From an uncultured Aquabacterium sp. (lineage in GTDB: Bacteria > Pseudomonadota > Gammaproteobacteria > Burkholderiales > Burkholderiaceae_C): 37,927 nucleotides of DNA. Both the position numbers and the translations under genes were made by a program. The stretch's first letter is position 1; every line of letters starts with the position of its first letter. The DNA is taken from contig CAYPUS010000004.1 in NCBI GenBank assembly GCA_964413815.1, positions 1 to 37,927 of the forward strand. Direction: 5' to 3'. This document shows, piece after piece, positions 1 to 9,049 of the stretch. The notes below the pieces were generated by a model, which worked only from the letters and a program-made list of their open reading frames with translations, was not told the DNA's origin and searched no databases.

Positions 1-158
1 TCGACAACGGCATGCTGACGATGACCAAGTGCTCCAAGTGCGGCGGCCACTTCGTCAGCCACCCCCACGAGATCTCGCGCCACTTCGTCTGCGGCCTGTG
101 CAACCCGCCCGCCCGTGCCGGCAAGGGCAAGGCCGCTGGCGCGATCCAGATGCATTGA
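1..158 (+). CDS. flhC: Flagellar master regulator FlhC, C-terminal part (5'-truncated by the window edge)
   Basis: Frame from base 3 reads DNGMLTMTKCSKCGGHFVSHPHEISRHFVCGLCNPPARAGKGKAAGAIQMH*. The CxxC...CGLCxPPxRAGK zinc site is the FlhC C-terminus. TGA at 156-158. Confidence 0.93.
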   Translation, partial: DNGMLTMTKCSKCGGHFVSHPHEISRHFVCGLCNPPARAGKGKAAGAIQMH

Positions 159-159
159 T

Positions 160-252
160 TTGATTTCCTGCGTGTTTTTCATGTCTGTCTCCTCCTGGTA
201 GCCCGGTTTGCCGGTGCTTTGAAACGGGCCCCGCTTGGGGCCCGCTTTTTTT
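160..252 (+). ncRNA. Candidate CU-rich (anti-SD) small RNA in the flhC 3' region
   Basis: TGTCTCCTCC at 186-195 lies upstream of a strong intrinsic terminator. This resembles the UGUCUCCUCC-plus-terminator layout of Burkholderiales sRNAs. The 5' end is unknown. Confidence 0.4.
225..252 (+). terminator. Rho-independent terminator after flhC
   Basis: Stem CGGGCCCC-gctt-GGGGCCCG followed by CTTTTTTT. Confidence 0.9.
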
Positions 253-361
253 CTGGTTCGTGGGTTCATTTGATGGACCGTCCCCCTGACATGCGGGCCC
301 CGACGCGCATCGGGCCGGGAGGCTGCAGTGGTACAAAGCCGCCACTAATTCAGGAGAACCC

Positions 362-1732
362 ATGTTCATGCGAGCCCTCATCACCTGGGCCCGGCCGGCT
401 GCGCTGGCCGCCGGCCTGCTGGCCAGCAACGCCGCCTGGTCGGTCGACGCCAGTTGCCAACTCAAGTACCCCATCGTGCTGTCGCACATGTGGTCGGCCA
501 CGCCCATCTGCGAGAACCCCGATGCCACTGGCGCCCAGGCCTGCGAGAAGGCCCAGGACTACGCCCGCTACTGCGCGCAGAAAAGCACCCTGCCCGATGG
601 CAGTCCCAAGTGCCTGGAATGGCGCGTGCCCGATGACGAGGCCGACCTGCCTCCGCGCAACCACAACGTCAATGACCCCAGCCTGAAGCGCGATCTGCGC
701 AGCTACCACCGCTATTTCAGCAAGGACATCGTCACGCGCCTGCGCGACACCTGCGGCAACCCCGTCTACATCGCCGACAAGCCGCCCTACGCCTCTTACG
801 AAGTGCGCGCCCGCGTTCTGCGCACCACCGTGCTGCAGGCCCTGCGCGAAACCGGCGCGCAAAAGGTCAATGTGATCGGCATGTCCATGGGTGTGCAGGA
901 TGCGCGCTACATGATCGCCGCCCTGCCGGTGGACGATGCCCGGCCCGATGGGCCTCGCATGAACACGCGCGTGGCCGCGATGGTGAGCCTGGTGGGCGAA
1001 GACAGCGGCGCCGATTCGGCCGGCATCGGTCTGGCCGGCATCGCGCTGGGCGTTTTTGGCAAATGGGACAACCCGCCCATTCCGCGCGAATCGGAGGCCG
1101 TGCTCGATTACATCCATGCCGCCTCATGGAAGCGGGCGGACCAGGACCTGGCCCAGCCTGGGCAGCTCGTCGAGCACTGCCAGGGCCTGGAATGCGATCT
1201 GAGCACCCCGCAGGCCCGCTACCGCTGGCTGCTGCGCTCCATGGTCAACCTCAGCCCCGCCTTCATGCGCCCCTCGCAGAGCGAGGCGATGGCCAAACCG
1301 CCCATCGGCTGGAGCGAGCTGCGGGCCTTCACCGGGGAGCCCGACAACGCGTGGCAGGACCGTGTGCCCGCGGCCCTGGAAACCAACAACGGCGTGCACT
1401 ACATGGCCTATGGCGCGCTGCTGCGCTTTCCCCAGCCCAGCTGGGGCGGGCAGGTGATCTTCCTGGCCGTCTCGCTGTTCGGCGGGCCCAATGACAGCAA
1501 TGTCAGCCTCAAGCGGCAGATGTTCACCAACCCGGCCCCCAACTTCGAGAACGTGAAGATCATGCGCGGCGCCCCCCTGACGACCGGCTACCACCACACC
1601 TTCTTCTCGGGCCGCAATGACCCGATGTATGGCCCGACCAAGCCCAGGGAGCAGGAGCCGGCGCCCTATGGCGGCACCTCGGCTGACTTCCACCATCAGC
1701 TCGCCAGGGACCTTCGGGCACGGGGCTTCTGA
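362..1732 (+). CDS. Secreted lipase-like alpha/beta hydrolase
   Basis: RBS CAGGAG; signal peptide ending AWS; LKYPIVLSH start of fold; KVNVIGMSMGVQDARY nucleophile elbow (GxSxG); candidate Asp (NDSNV) and His (YHH) near the C-terminus. Confidence 0.75.
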   Translation: MFMRALITWARPAALAAGLLASNAAWSVDASCQLKYPIVLSHMWSATPICENPDATGAQACEKAQDYARYCAQKSTLPDGSPKCLEWRVPDDEADLPPRNHNVNDPSLKRDLRSYHRYFSKDIVTRLRDTCGNPVYIADKPPYASYEVRARVLRTTVLQALRETGAQKVNVIGMSMGVQDARYMIAALPVDDARPDGPRMNTRVAAMVSLVGEDSGADSAGIGLAGIALGVFGKWDNPPIPRESEAVLDYIHAASWKRADQDLAQPGQLVEHCQGLECDLSTPQARYRWLLRSMVNLSPAFMRPSQSEAMAKPPIGWSELRAFTGEPDNAWQDRVPAALETNNGVHYMAYGALLRFPQPSWGGQVIFLAVSLFGGPNDSNVSLKRQMFTNPAPNFENVKIMRGAPLTTGYHHTFFSGRNDPMYGPTKPREQEPAPYGGTSADFHHQLARDLRARGF

Positions 1733-1838
1733 GCGGCTTGCCCCTTCTGAGCATCAGGTTTTCGGTCACGGCGGCTGGGTAACGCTTATTGTTCCAGTCG
1801 CCAACGCATCGCGACCAACATGAACTCAGGAGCACGCC

Positions 1839-3098
1839 ATGAAGACTTTCCGCTCGAATTGGGCCCGCAGCCTCGCCGTCGTGACCCTGCTGGCTGCGGC
1901 CGGCACGGCACAGGCCTTTGAAGCCACGGTGGTTGCCACGGGCCTGACCCGGCCGCTTTTCCTGACTGCGCCAACGGGGGATGACCGGATCTTTCTCGTC
2001 GAGAAAACCGGCGCCATCAAGCTTCTTTCCGAAGGCAGCGTACAAGGCACGCCTTACCTCGACCTCAGCAACAAGGTGGCGGTCGACGGCGAACGCGGCC
2101 TGCTGGGACTGGCCTTCGATCCCGGCTTTGCCACCAATGGCCGCTTCTATGTCAACTACATCGACGCGACCACACACAACACCGTGATCGACCGCTACAC
2201 GGTGGACCCCACCACCAACACCGTCGATGCCAGCACGGCGCAACGGATCATCGCCATCCAGCAGGAGGACACCACCACCCACAAGGGCGGCTGGATCGGC
2301 TTTCGCCCAGGTGAGACCGACCACCTCTACATTGCCACGGGCGATGGAGGCGGCTCTTATGACCCGCTCGACAATGCCCAGCGCACCGACTCCCTGCTCG
2401 GCAAGATCCTGCGCATCGACGTGAGCGGCGACGGCACCGGCTACACCGTCCCGACCGACAACCCCTACGTCACCACCGAGGGCGCCTTGCCCGAGATCTG
2501 GGCCACCGGCCTGCGCAACCCCTGGCGCCCCAGCTTCGACCGGGAGACCGGCGACTTCTGGATCGCGGATGTGGGCCAGGATGCCCGTGAAGAGATCAAT
2601 TTCGAGGCCGCCGGCACCCCAGGAGGCCGCAATTACGGCTGGAGCCTGCGTGAGGGCGGCATCGCGGCGCCCGTGGGCGGCGGCTCCGCCCCGGGCCTGA
2701 CCGATCCGATCTTCGACTACGACCATCTGGGCACGCCCGGCGGCCTGGGCAACTCCATCACCGGAGGCTATGTCTACCGCGGCCCCTCGATCGCCGAGGC
2801 CGACGGCCGCTATTTCTTCGCGGACTTCGTTGCCAGCAAGATCTTCTCCTTCGTGCTCGACGAGCAAGGTCAGCCCACCGATCTGCGTGACGACACGGCC
2901 ACGCTGCTGGATGGCATCGCCCTGGGCCCGATCAGCTCCTTCGGCGAAGACGGCCTGGGCCGGCTCTATGCCGTCGGCATCGGCGGCACGGTGGTGGCCA
3001 TCGTGCCCGAGCCGTCTTCGGTGGCCCTTGTGCTCGCCGGCGCGGGCGCGCTGCTGTTCGGGCGCCGGGCGCAAACCCGCAGACGTGCACAGGGGTGA
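1839..3098 (+). CDS. PQQ-dependent sugar dehydrogenase family (GSDH beta-propeller) protein with PEP-CTERM sorting signal
   Basis: RBS CAGGAG; signal peptide AQA; motifs GERGLLGLAFDP, HKGGWIGF, LYIATGDGG, GKILRID, GLRNPWR, DVGQDAREEIN; C-terminal VPEPSS, then a hydrophobic helix and Arg cluster. Confidence 0.9.
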   Translation: MKTFRSNWARSLAVVTLLAAAGTAQAFEATVVATGLTRPLFLTAPTGDDRIFLVEKTGAIKLLSEGSVQGTPYLDLSNKVAVDGERGLLGLAFDPGFATNGRFYVNYIDATTHNTVIDRYTVDPTTNTVDASTAQRIIAIQQEDTTTHKGGWIGFRPGETDHLYIATGDGGGSYDPLDNAQRTDSLLGKILRIDVSGDGTGYTVPTDNPYVTTEGALPEIWATGLRNPWRPSFDRETGDFWIADVGQDAREEINFEAAGTPGGRNYGWSLREGGIAAPVGGGSAPGLTDPIFDYDHLGTPGGLGNSITGGYVYRGPSIAEADGRYFFADFVASKIFSFVLDEQGQPTDLRDDTATLLDGIALGPISSFGEDGLGRLYAVGIGGTVVAIVPEPSSVALVLAGAGALLFGRRAQTRRRAQG

Positions 3099-3153
3099 TC
3101 CGGACGCCCGTGCAAATTCCCATGCGTAGACCGGCCTGATCGGTCTTTCCAGG

Positions 3154-3226
3154 GCTTCCCGAGCCGCGACAATCCAGGAAACACCTCCCGCATGGGAGGT
3201 GGTTTCGTTGTCGCGTCATCGGGAGC
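3154..3226. repeat. Long imperfect inverted repeat in the leader of the GNAT-like gene
   Basis: Nested arms GCTTCCCGA/TCGGGAGC, CGCGACAA/TTGTCGCG, GAAAC/GTTTC and ACCTCCC/GGGAGGT around a GCAT loop. Confidence 0.7.
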
Positions 3227-3239
3227 TGCGGGAGCTGGC

Positions 3240-4373
3240 ATGGACGTCTACCTGAATCGAACCTTGGAGCTGGGGCAGAAGGTCCCCTACGGGGCCTGCG
3301 ATTTCACCTTGCAGTTGCCGGCCCACACCTTCTACATCGGCAACCCCAGCCGGCCGGGCGCCAGCTTTCCCGTCAAGCTCAAGGCCGTCGTCTTTTGCGG
3401 CGAGACCGAGGTGCTCAACCTGGTTGCCGAGGTGCAGCCCTCGACCAAGGCGCTCGAGCTGGGCTATGTGCTCAAGTACCAGGCCGGCATCGGCCCCGAT
3501 GAGCCTGATCGCATCCTGGCCTACATGGGCTCGCTGCCGCAATCCAATCCGGTCGGCGAGCTGACCTACGAGTCCAGGGGCGCCTACCTGGAAGACCGCG
3601 AGGTCCAGGTCGCCTATGAGCACCAGCGCCGCGGCATCGCCACGGCCATGTACCAGCAGGCCGAGGCGCTGACGGGCAAGCAGTTCCTCAGCCGCGTCGG
3701 CGAGGTGCTGACCGTCGATGCGGCGGCATTCTGGGCTTGCACCGACCGGCCCTTCGGCGTCGATGCGCTCTACAGCCAACCGCGCCGGCTGCTGTGGGTC
3801 AACCTCAACGACCTGCTGCCAGCGGCCTTGAAGGAATTGCCCAAGGTCCTTTTTGACGCTGAGCGCTTCACGCTATCGGCCACGGGTCGGCGCTGCATTG
3901 AGACCGCCAACGGCGGCGGCGGTTACCGCAGCGGCCTGCAAGATGCCCGCGCAAGGGGCCTGATGGCGCGCGGCGTCGACGGCATCGTGCAGTCCTTCGT
4001 CCAGGACCCGCACGCACCGCCCAAGCTCTTCCGTTCCGTGAACTGCGGCAGCCAGCCGCCCCTGCTGGCGCTGAGCAACAACAAGGGCCTGCCAGATGGG
4101 CTGCTGAATCCGCCCCTGGCCCTGTTGACACCCGAATCGCGTGAGGACGTCCTGCAATGCATCGGCCGCCACTTGCAGGCCCTGGCCGACCTGGACGCCC
4201 TGGACGCCCTTCATGCCGAGGTGCGCACGCTGGAGCGGGTGCGTCGCCTGCGCCATGAGCGCGGGGACCCGGACGCGATCGAGCGCCTTTTGCAGGGCCG
4301 GCGCCTGCAGGCCGTGTCCGTCATGACGGACATGCTCGAGAAAGAGGCCGAGTTCCGCGCCTCCCAGATGTGA
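3240..4373 (+). CDS. Hypothetical protein with a central GNAT-like acetyltransferase segment
   Basis: ATG at 3240 after GGGAG; acetyl-CoA-binding motif A VQVAYEHQRRGIATAMY; high-GC3 coding pattern. Flanking regions are unrecognised. Confidence 0.6.
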   Translation: MDVYLNRTLELGQKVPYGACDFTLQLPAHTFYIGNPSRPGASFPVKLKAVVFCGETEVLNLVAEVQPSTKALELGYVLKYQAGIGPDEPDRILAYMGSLPQSNPVGELTYESRGAYLEDREVQVAYEHQRRGIATAMYQQAEALTGKQFLSRVGEVLTVDAAAFWACTDRPFGVDALYSQPRRLLWVNLNDLLPAALKELPKVLFDAERFTLSATGRRCIETANGGGGYRSGLQDARARGLMARGVDGIVQSFVQDPHAPPKLFRSVNCGSQPPLLALSNNKGLPDGLLNPPLALLTPESREDVLQCIGRHLQALADLDALDALHAEVRTLERVRRLRHERGDPDAIERLLQGRRLQAVSVMTDMLEKEAEFRASQM

Positions 4374-4526
4374 ATCCCGCGATGCGCCCCGTCGCGCATG
4401 GCCACGCGCCACAAGGCGTCTAGGGAATCTGCCCACTTGCCGCCGCGGGTGCAAGGCCTTAGAAAGGGCAGGCTGTCTACGTTGTCACCGGCATGTTGCC
4501 GCGCCATTCCACAAGAAAGGATCGTG

Positions 4527-4769
4527 ATGTCCGCAGCAGAACAAGGCCTGGGAAGATCCCCATGGCGCATGACCCGCTACTGGACCACGCTGGCCTGCCT
4601 GGCTTGCCTGGCCGCCGGTCTGCTGACTTTGTCCGCCGGGCACCCGCTGCACGGCTGGCTGCTGGTGCTGGGCTCGCTGGCCCTGGTCAAGGGCACGGTC
4701 TGGGGCCGGCGCGGACGGCGGCGCCTGGGGGCGCCCCTGGCGCAGCGCCGCTGGCGCAAGGCCACCTGA
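4527..4769 (+). CDS. Small hypothetical membrane protein (two TM helices, basic tail)
   Basis: AAGAAAGG RBS before ATG 4527; two hydrophobic stretches, then an Arg-rich C-terminus. An alternative start is at 4569. Confidence 0.55.
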   Translation: MSAAEQGLGRSPWRMTRYWTTLACLACLAAGLLTLSAGHPLHGWLLVLGSLALVKGTVWGRRGRRRLGAPLAQRRWRKAT

Positions 4770-4792
4770 GCCTGCGCCGCTGACTGGCGGAT

Positions 4793-5158
4793 TTACTCCG
4801 CCAGTTTCTTGAAGGTCGCGATCACCGCGTCGCCCTTGAAGGGCTTGACGATCCAGCCCTTGACGCCTGCGGCCTTGCCACGCTCCTTCATGATGGGCGA
4901 GCTTTCCGTCGTCAGCATGACGATGTTGACGCCGCTGTTGCCCAGCTCGGAGCGGATCTTCTCGGCCATGGTCAGGCCGTCCATGTTGGGCATGTTCACG
5001 TCGGAGACGACGAGCTTGATCTTCGGGTCGGCCTTGAGCTTGCTCAGGCCATCGCGGCCATCGACCGCCGTGGCCACGTCCAGCCCATTTTTCTTCAGGA
5101 AGCCGCTCACTTCGTCGCGAACGGTGCTGGAATCATCGACAACCAGGATCTGTGCCAT
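4793..5158 (-). CDS. cheY: Single-domain CheY-like response regulator
   Basis: ILVVDDS, SDVNMPNMDG, MLTTES, GWIVKPF; 121 aa; RBS AAGAGG. Confidence 0.88.
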   Translation of the reverse strand: MAQILVVDDSSTVRDEVSGFLKKNGLDVATAVDGRDGLSKLKADPKIKLVVSDVNMPNMDGLTMAEKIRSELGNSGVNIVMLTTESSPIMKERGKAAGVKGWIVKPFKGDAVIATFKKLAE

Positions 5159-5204
5159 GGGGACCTCTTATGTGCTTGTCTTGGGGGGGGGTGAATGGCG
5201 CGGA

Positions 5205-5795
5205 TCAGAAGAATTCGAGTTCGCCAGAGCTCTCTTCGACCTGCGTTTGATCGACTGTGAAGTCGAGGGGGCCGTCCTCGCAGACGGCCAGGGAAACATG
5301 GAAGACGGCCTGCGAAGCGGTGGTCACACGCCAGTGCGCGACGTGGCCTGCGCCCAGCGCTTCGATGTACTCCAGGCTGCCATGATCGAGCACGCTGGGC
5401 GTGGACATGCCCAGATGCGGGTAGACCCCGCCCAGGTCGCGGTTGAGCGCCCCGCAAGCCAGGTTGCCCGTCTCCATCACGACGTCCAGGAAAGTGGCAT
5501 CGTCCAGCTCGGACTGGCCCTTGAGCGCGGCGAAGTGCGCGCGCGTGGCCGGGTCCTTGGCATTGAAGTGCAGGAACATCATCGCCCTGAAGAGGTAGGA
5601 GGAGACGGTGAGGATGACCATCTGCCGGTTCTTGATCTGGCCGCCGTCGCTCAGCTTCTCGATGTGGCTGGCGCTGGCGCCATCGCCAAGCATCGACGAA
5701 CGGATGGCCTGCTCGATGATGAAGTCGAAGGCCGACTTGGCCTGGTGGCTGACCCGGCTGCCCTTGGAAGGGCCTTGGCTCTTGTTTTGGCTCAT
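5205..5795 (-). CDS. CheX/CheC-like putative phosphatase
   Basis: DVVMETGNLACG carries the ExxN motif of CheC/CheX/FliY, followed by MSTPSVL. The start overlaps the upstream stop (TGATG), and the gene sits between a chemoreceptor and cheY. Confidence 0.6.
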   Translation of the reverse strand: MSQNKSQGPSKGSRVSHQAKSAFDFIIEQAIRSSMLGDGASASHIEKLSDGGQIKNRQMVILTVSSYLFRAMMFLHFNAKDPATRAHFAALKGQSELDDATFLDVVMETGNLACGALNRDLGGVYPHLGMSTPSVLDHGSLEYIEALGAGHVAHWRVTTASQAVFHVSLAVCEDGPLDFTVDQTQVEESSGELEFF

Positions 5796-6520
5796 CACGC
5801 CACCTCGCAAAGCGCGTCCTTGGTCTTGCCGTTGAGCAGGTGCAGCTCGCTGAGCGCGCCGATCACCATCTTGCCGCCGGCCTGCATGTCCTGGAAGGTG
5901 GCGGTGGTGATCAGGTCGTTCTTGTACAGATTGCGGCGGTAGTCCTTGGACAGGTTGTCCGCGCGGTGCGCCAGATCGCGCACCTCATTGGCGACGATGG
6001 CAAAGCCCCGGCCATGCTCGCCCGCGCGGGCGGCCTCGATCGAGGCGTTGAGCGCCACGATGATCACCTGGTTCACGATGGCGGTGAACTCATCGTTCTT
6101 GGCGTGCATCTCGCGGTTGTGCACGAGCAGGGCGTTCATCTCCGTATCCCAGCGCTCGAAGGTGCGCACCAGGCCCATCATCTGGTCGATGGCGCCGCCC
6201 AGACGCTCGCAGTGTTCGGTGGTGCGGTGACGGACCTGACCGGCAGCGGCGCGCAGATCGGCCAGCATGCCCTCGTGCTCGCGCTGGATCGACTGGACGC
6301 GGGCCTCGCGCTCGGCCAGCTCCTGGCGGGCGCCTTCCTGGTGTGCCTCGAGCTGACGCTGGAGGTCGGCCACGACCGCCTGCATGGCGCGTTCGGTCTG
6401 GGCCACGCCCTCCTGCCGCGCCTCATGAGCAGACTGCGACGCGGCGCGGCGCATCCAGAACCAAACGCCCAACGCTCCGGCCAGCAAGCCAGAGAACAAT
6501 GCCATCAGCGGGAGAATCAT
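5795..6520 (-). CDS. Short methyl-accepting chemotaxis-like protein (N-terminal TM, coiled coil, truncated signalling hairpin)
   Basis: [31 protein letters not shown] hairpin-tip signature; one N-terminal TM; only 241 aa. Confidence 0.88.
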   Translation of the reverse strand: MILPLMALFSGLLAGALGVWFWMRRAASQSAHEARQEGVAQTERAMQAVVADLQRQLEAHQEGARQELAEREARVQSIQREHEGMLADLRAAAGQVRHRTTEHCERLGGAIDQMMGLVRTFERWDTEMNALLVHNREMHAKNDEFTAIVNQVIIVALNASIEAARAGEHGRGFAIVANEVRDLAHRADNLSKDYRRNLYKNDLITTATFQDMQAGGKMVIGALSELHLLNGKTKDALCEVA

Positions 6521-6585
6521 GATGCTGGTTCAACCTTTTATCTTTGAAGACGCTTGCTGCCGCGTGCAGCCCACCAGTTCGGTGT

Positions 6586-6613
6586 TTATCGGTCAGCGCC
6601 ATCAAGGACATGA
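6586..6613 (-). promoter_or_regulatory. Candidate sigma28 (FliA) promoter for the chemoreceptor operon
   Basis: Minus strand TCATG-N15-ACCGATAA versus consensus TCAAG/TAAA...GCCGATAA, about 65 bp upstream of the start. Confidence 0.4.
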
Positions 6614-6741
6614 GATCGGGCAGACCCCTATGGACATGCACTATTGCCGCGGCAATGCGGTTGCATGCACCATCTTGAATCCAGGCTCATGCGAGGTTTC
6701 GGACCCGCCGTGAACGATTTCACTGGCGGGCAGGGGGCGGC

Positions 6742-7836
6742 TCAGCGGCCCACGACCAGCCCGTCCATGCGTACCACCTCCAGGTCGCGGCCGCGCACCT
6801 GCTGGATCTCCCTGCGCAGGCGGTCGTTGTCCCAACCAGCATCGGGCGCGCCGCTGATGTACCAGTCCGAGCCGTTATCGGCCAGGATCATGCCGTGGGT
6901 CTTGAGCGCTGTCAGGATCGCCTGGCTTTCCGGGCTGAAGTGGCGCGGGATCACAAAGCTGGCCTTCAGCCGCACGCGCATGCCCATGGGGGGCAGGGAT
7001 GGATCGCTGGTGGGGGATGCCCAGTGGCTGGCAGGGGGCATATAGGCACGGCGCGTCTTGGCCACCGTGAAACGCAGCGCATGCCGGATGCCGCCGGCGC
7101 CGAGTCGGGCCTCGTCATACCGGACAAGGCCTGGGAAAACCGGCAGGCCCGCCGCATCGGCGCTGGTCCAGCCGGGCTGGGCGGTGGGGCGCACGTCGTT
7201 GCTGTCCAGGTGGAAGATGGCGGCGCTGTCGGCCAGCCAGCCGCCGGCCAAGACCGGGTCCGGGAAGGCCCGGTACAACTCGTAGAGGCGGTTGTTGTCG
7301 CGGTCCACCACGATGACATGGCGGTCGCCCTCGGCCTTGGGGCCGCCTTCGACGGGCACGCCGGGCGGGATCGGATAGGGGCCGGGATCACTTTGATCGG
7401 CATAGGCTGCCAGGCGGATAGGCACCCGCTTTTGCGATCCGCTCACGACCACGTAGGGGATGCCCATCGGCTGCCCGCGATACAGGCCCGCCCCAAAATC
7501 CGGGCGCAAGGTCTTGTTCCAGCCGATGCCGCGGATCAGGGCCTCGGAGCGGGGATCGACCGGCGCACGGCTGATGTCGGTGTTCCAGGGGTTGTCGGCC
7601 GGAAAAGGGACGGCGCCTTGCAGCGAGGCGCCGGCGCCCAAGGCCGCGCCGCGCACATCGCCGTAGGTGGGCGCAGGCTGCTTGCCAGCAGGGGAACGCG
7701 ATACGGCGGACGGCGTCTGGGCCCGGGATGCCATGGGAGACGGCCCGCCGTCATCGCATGCGGCCAGGGATGCGAGCAGGCAGGCGCTCACACCGATCGA
7801 TGCGAGCGATTGCAGGGCGGGCGTCCTGATGCGCAT
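6742..7836 (-). CDS. Conserved hypothetical lipoprotein
   Basis: GAGG RBS before ATG 7836; lipobox LAAC; well-conserved-looking motifs PFPADNPWNTDIS, GDRHVIVVD, WTSADAAGLP, GMILADNGS. Confidence 0.75.
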   Translation of the reverse strand: MRIRTPALQSLASIGVSACLLASLAACDDGGPSPMASRAQTPSAVSRSPAGKQPAPTYGDVRGAALGAGASLQGAVPFPADNPWNTDISRAPVDPRSEALIRGIGWNKTLRPDFGAGLYRGQPMGIPYVVVSGSQKRVPIRLAAYADQSDPGPYPIPPGVPVEGGPKAEGDRHVIVVDRDNNRLYELYRAFPDPVLAGGWLADSAAIFHLDSNDVRPTAQPGWTSADAAGLPVFPGLVRYDEARLGAGGIRHALRFTVAKTRRAYMPPASHWASPTSDPSLPPMGMRVRLKASFVIPRHFSPESQAILTALKTHGMILADNGSDWYISGAPDAGWDNDRLRREIQQVRGRDLEVVRMDGLVVGR

Positions 7837-7843
7837 TGCCACC

Positions 7844-8827
<984 letters not shown>

Positions 8828-9049
8828 GGTGTCTGGATGATCTTCTGGAACGCGGAGCCTGCAGCATACGCCCCCAGCGGGGGATCATCGCCAGCACCCC
8901 CTCCCGGTTGGCTTACATCCTGTTTCTGACCCGTGGTGGCTTTCCCCCCAAAGGAACGGGTGGGGCGCGGCACCCCCAAACCTAAAATGCCGCCACCCAC
9001 CGCAAGGTGCGGCAACCATACATAACAACGTTTCAGGCGGGTCTCTGTC

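Noticed and set aside
3100..3240. Known riboswitch (c-di-GMP, TPP, cobalamin etc.)
   Set aside because: No conserved aptamer core was recognised. It is kept only as an unassigned hairpin.
5183..5191. G9 homopolymer as a phase-variation site
   Set aside because: It is intergenic, upstream of the cheY RBS; a length change would not shift a frame, and such runs are expected at this GC.
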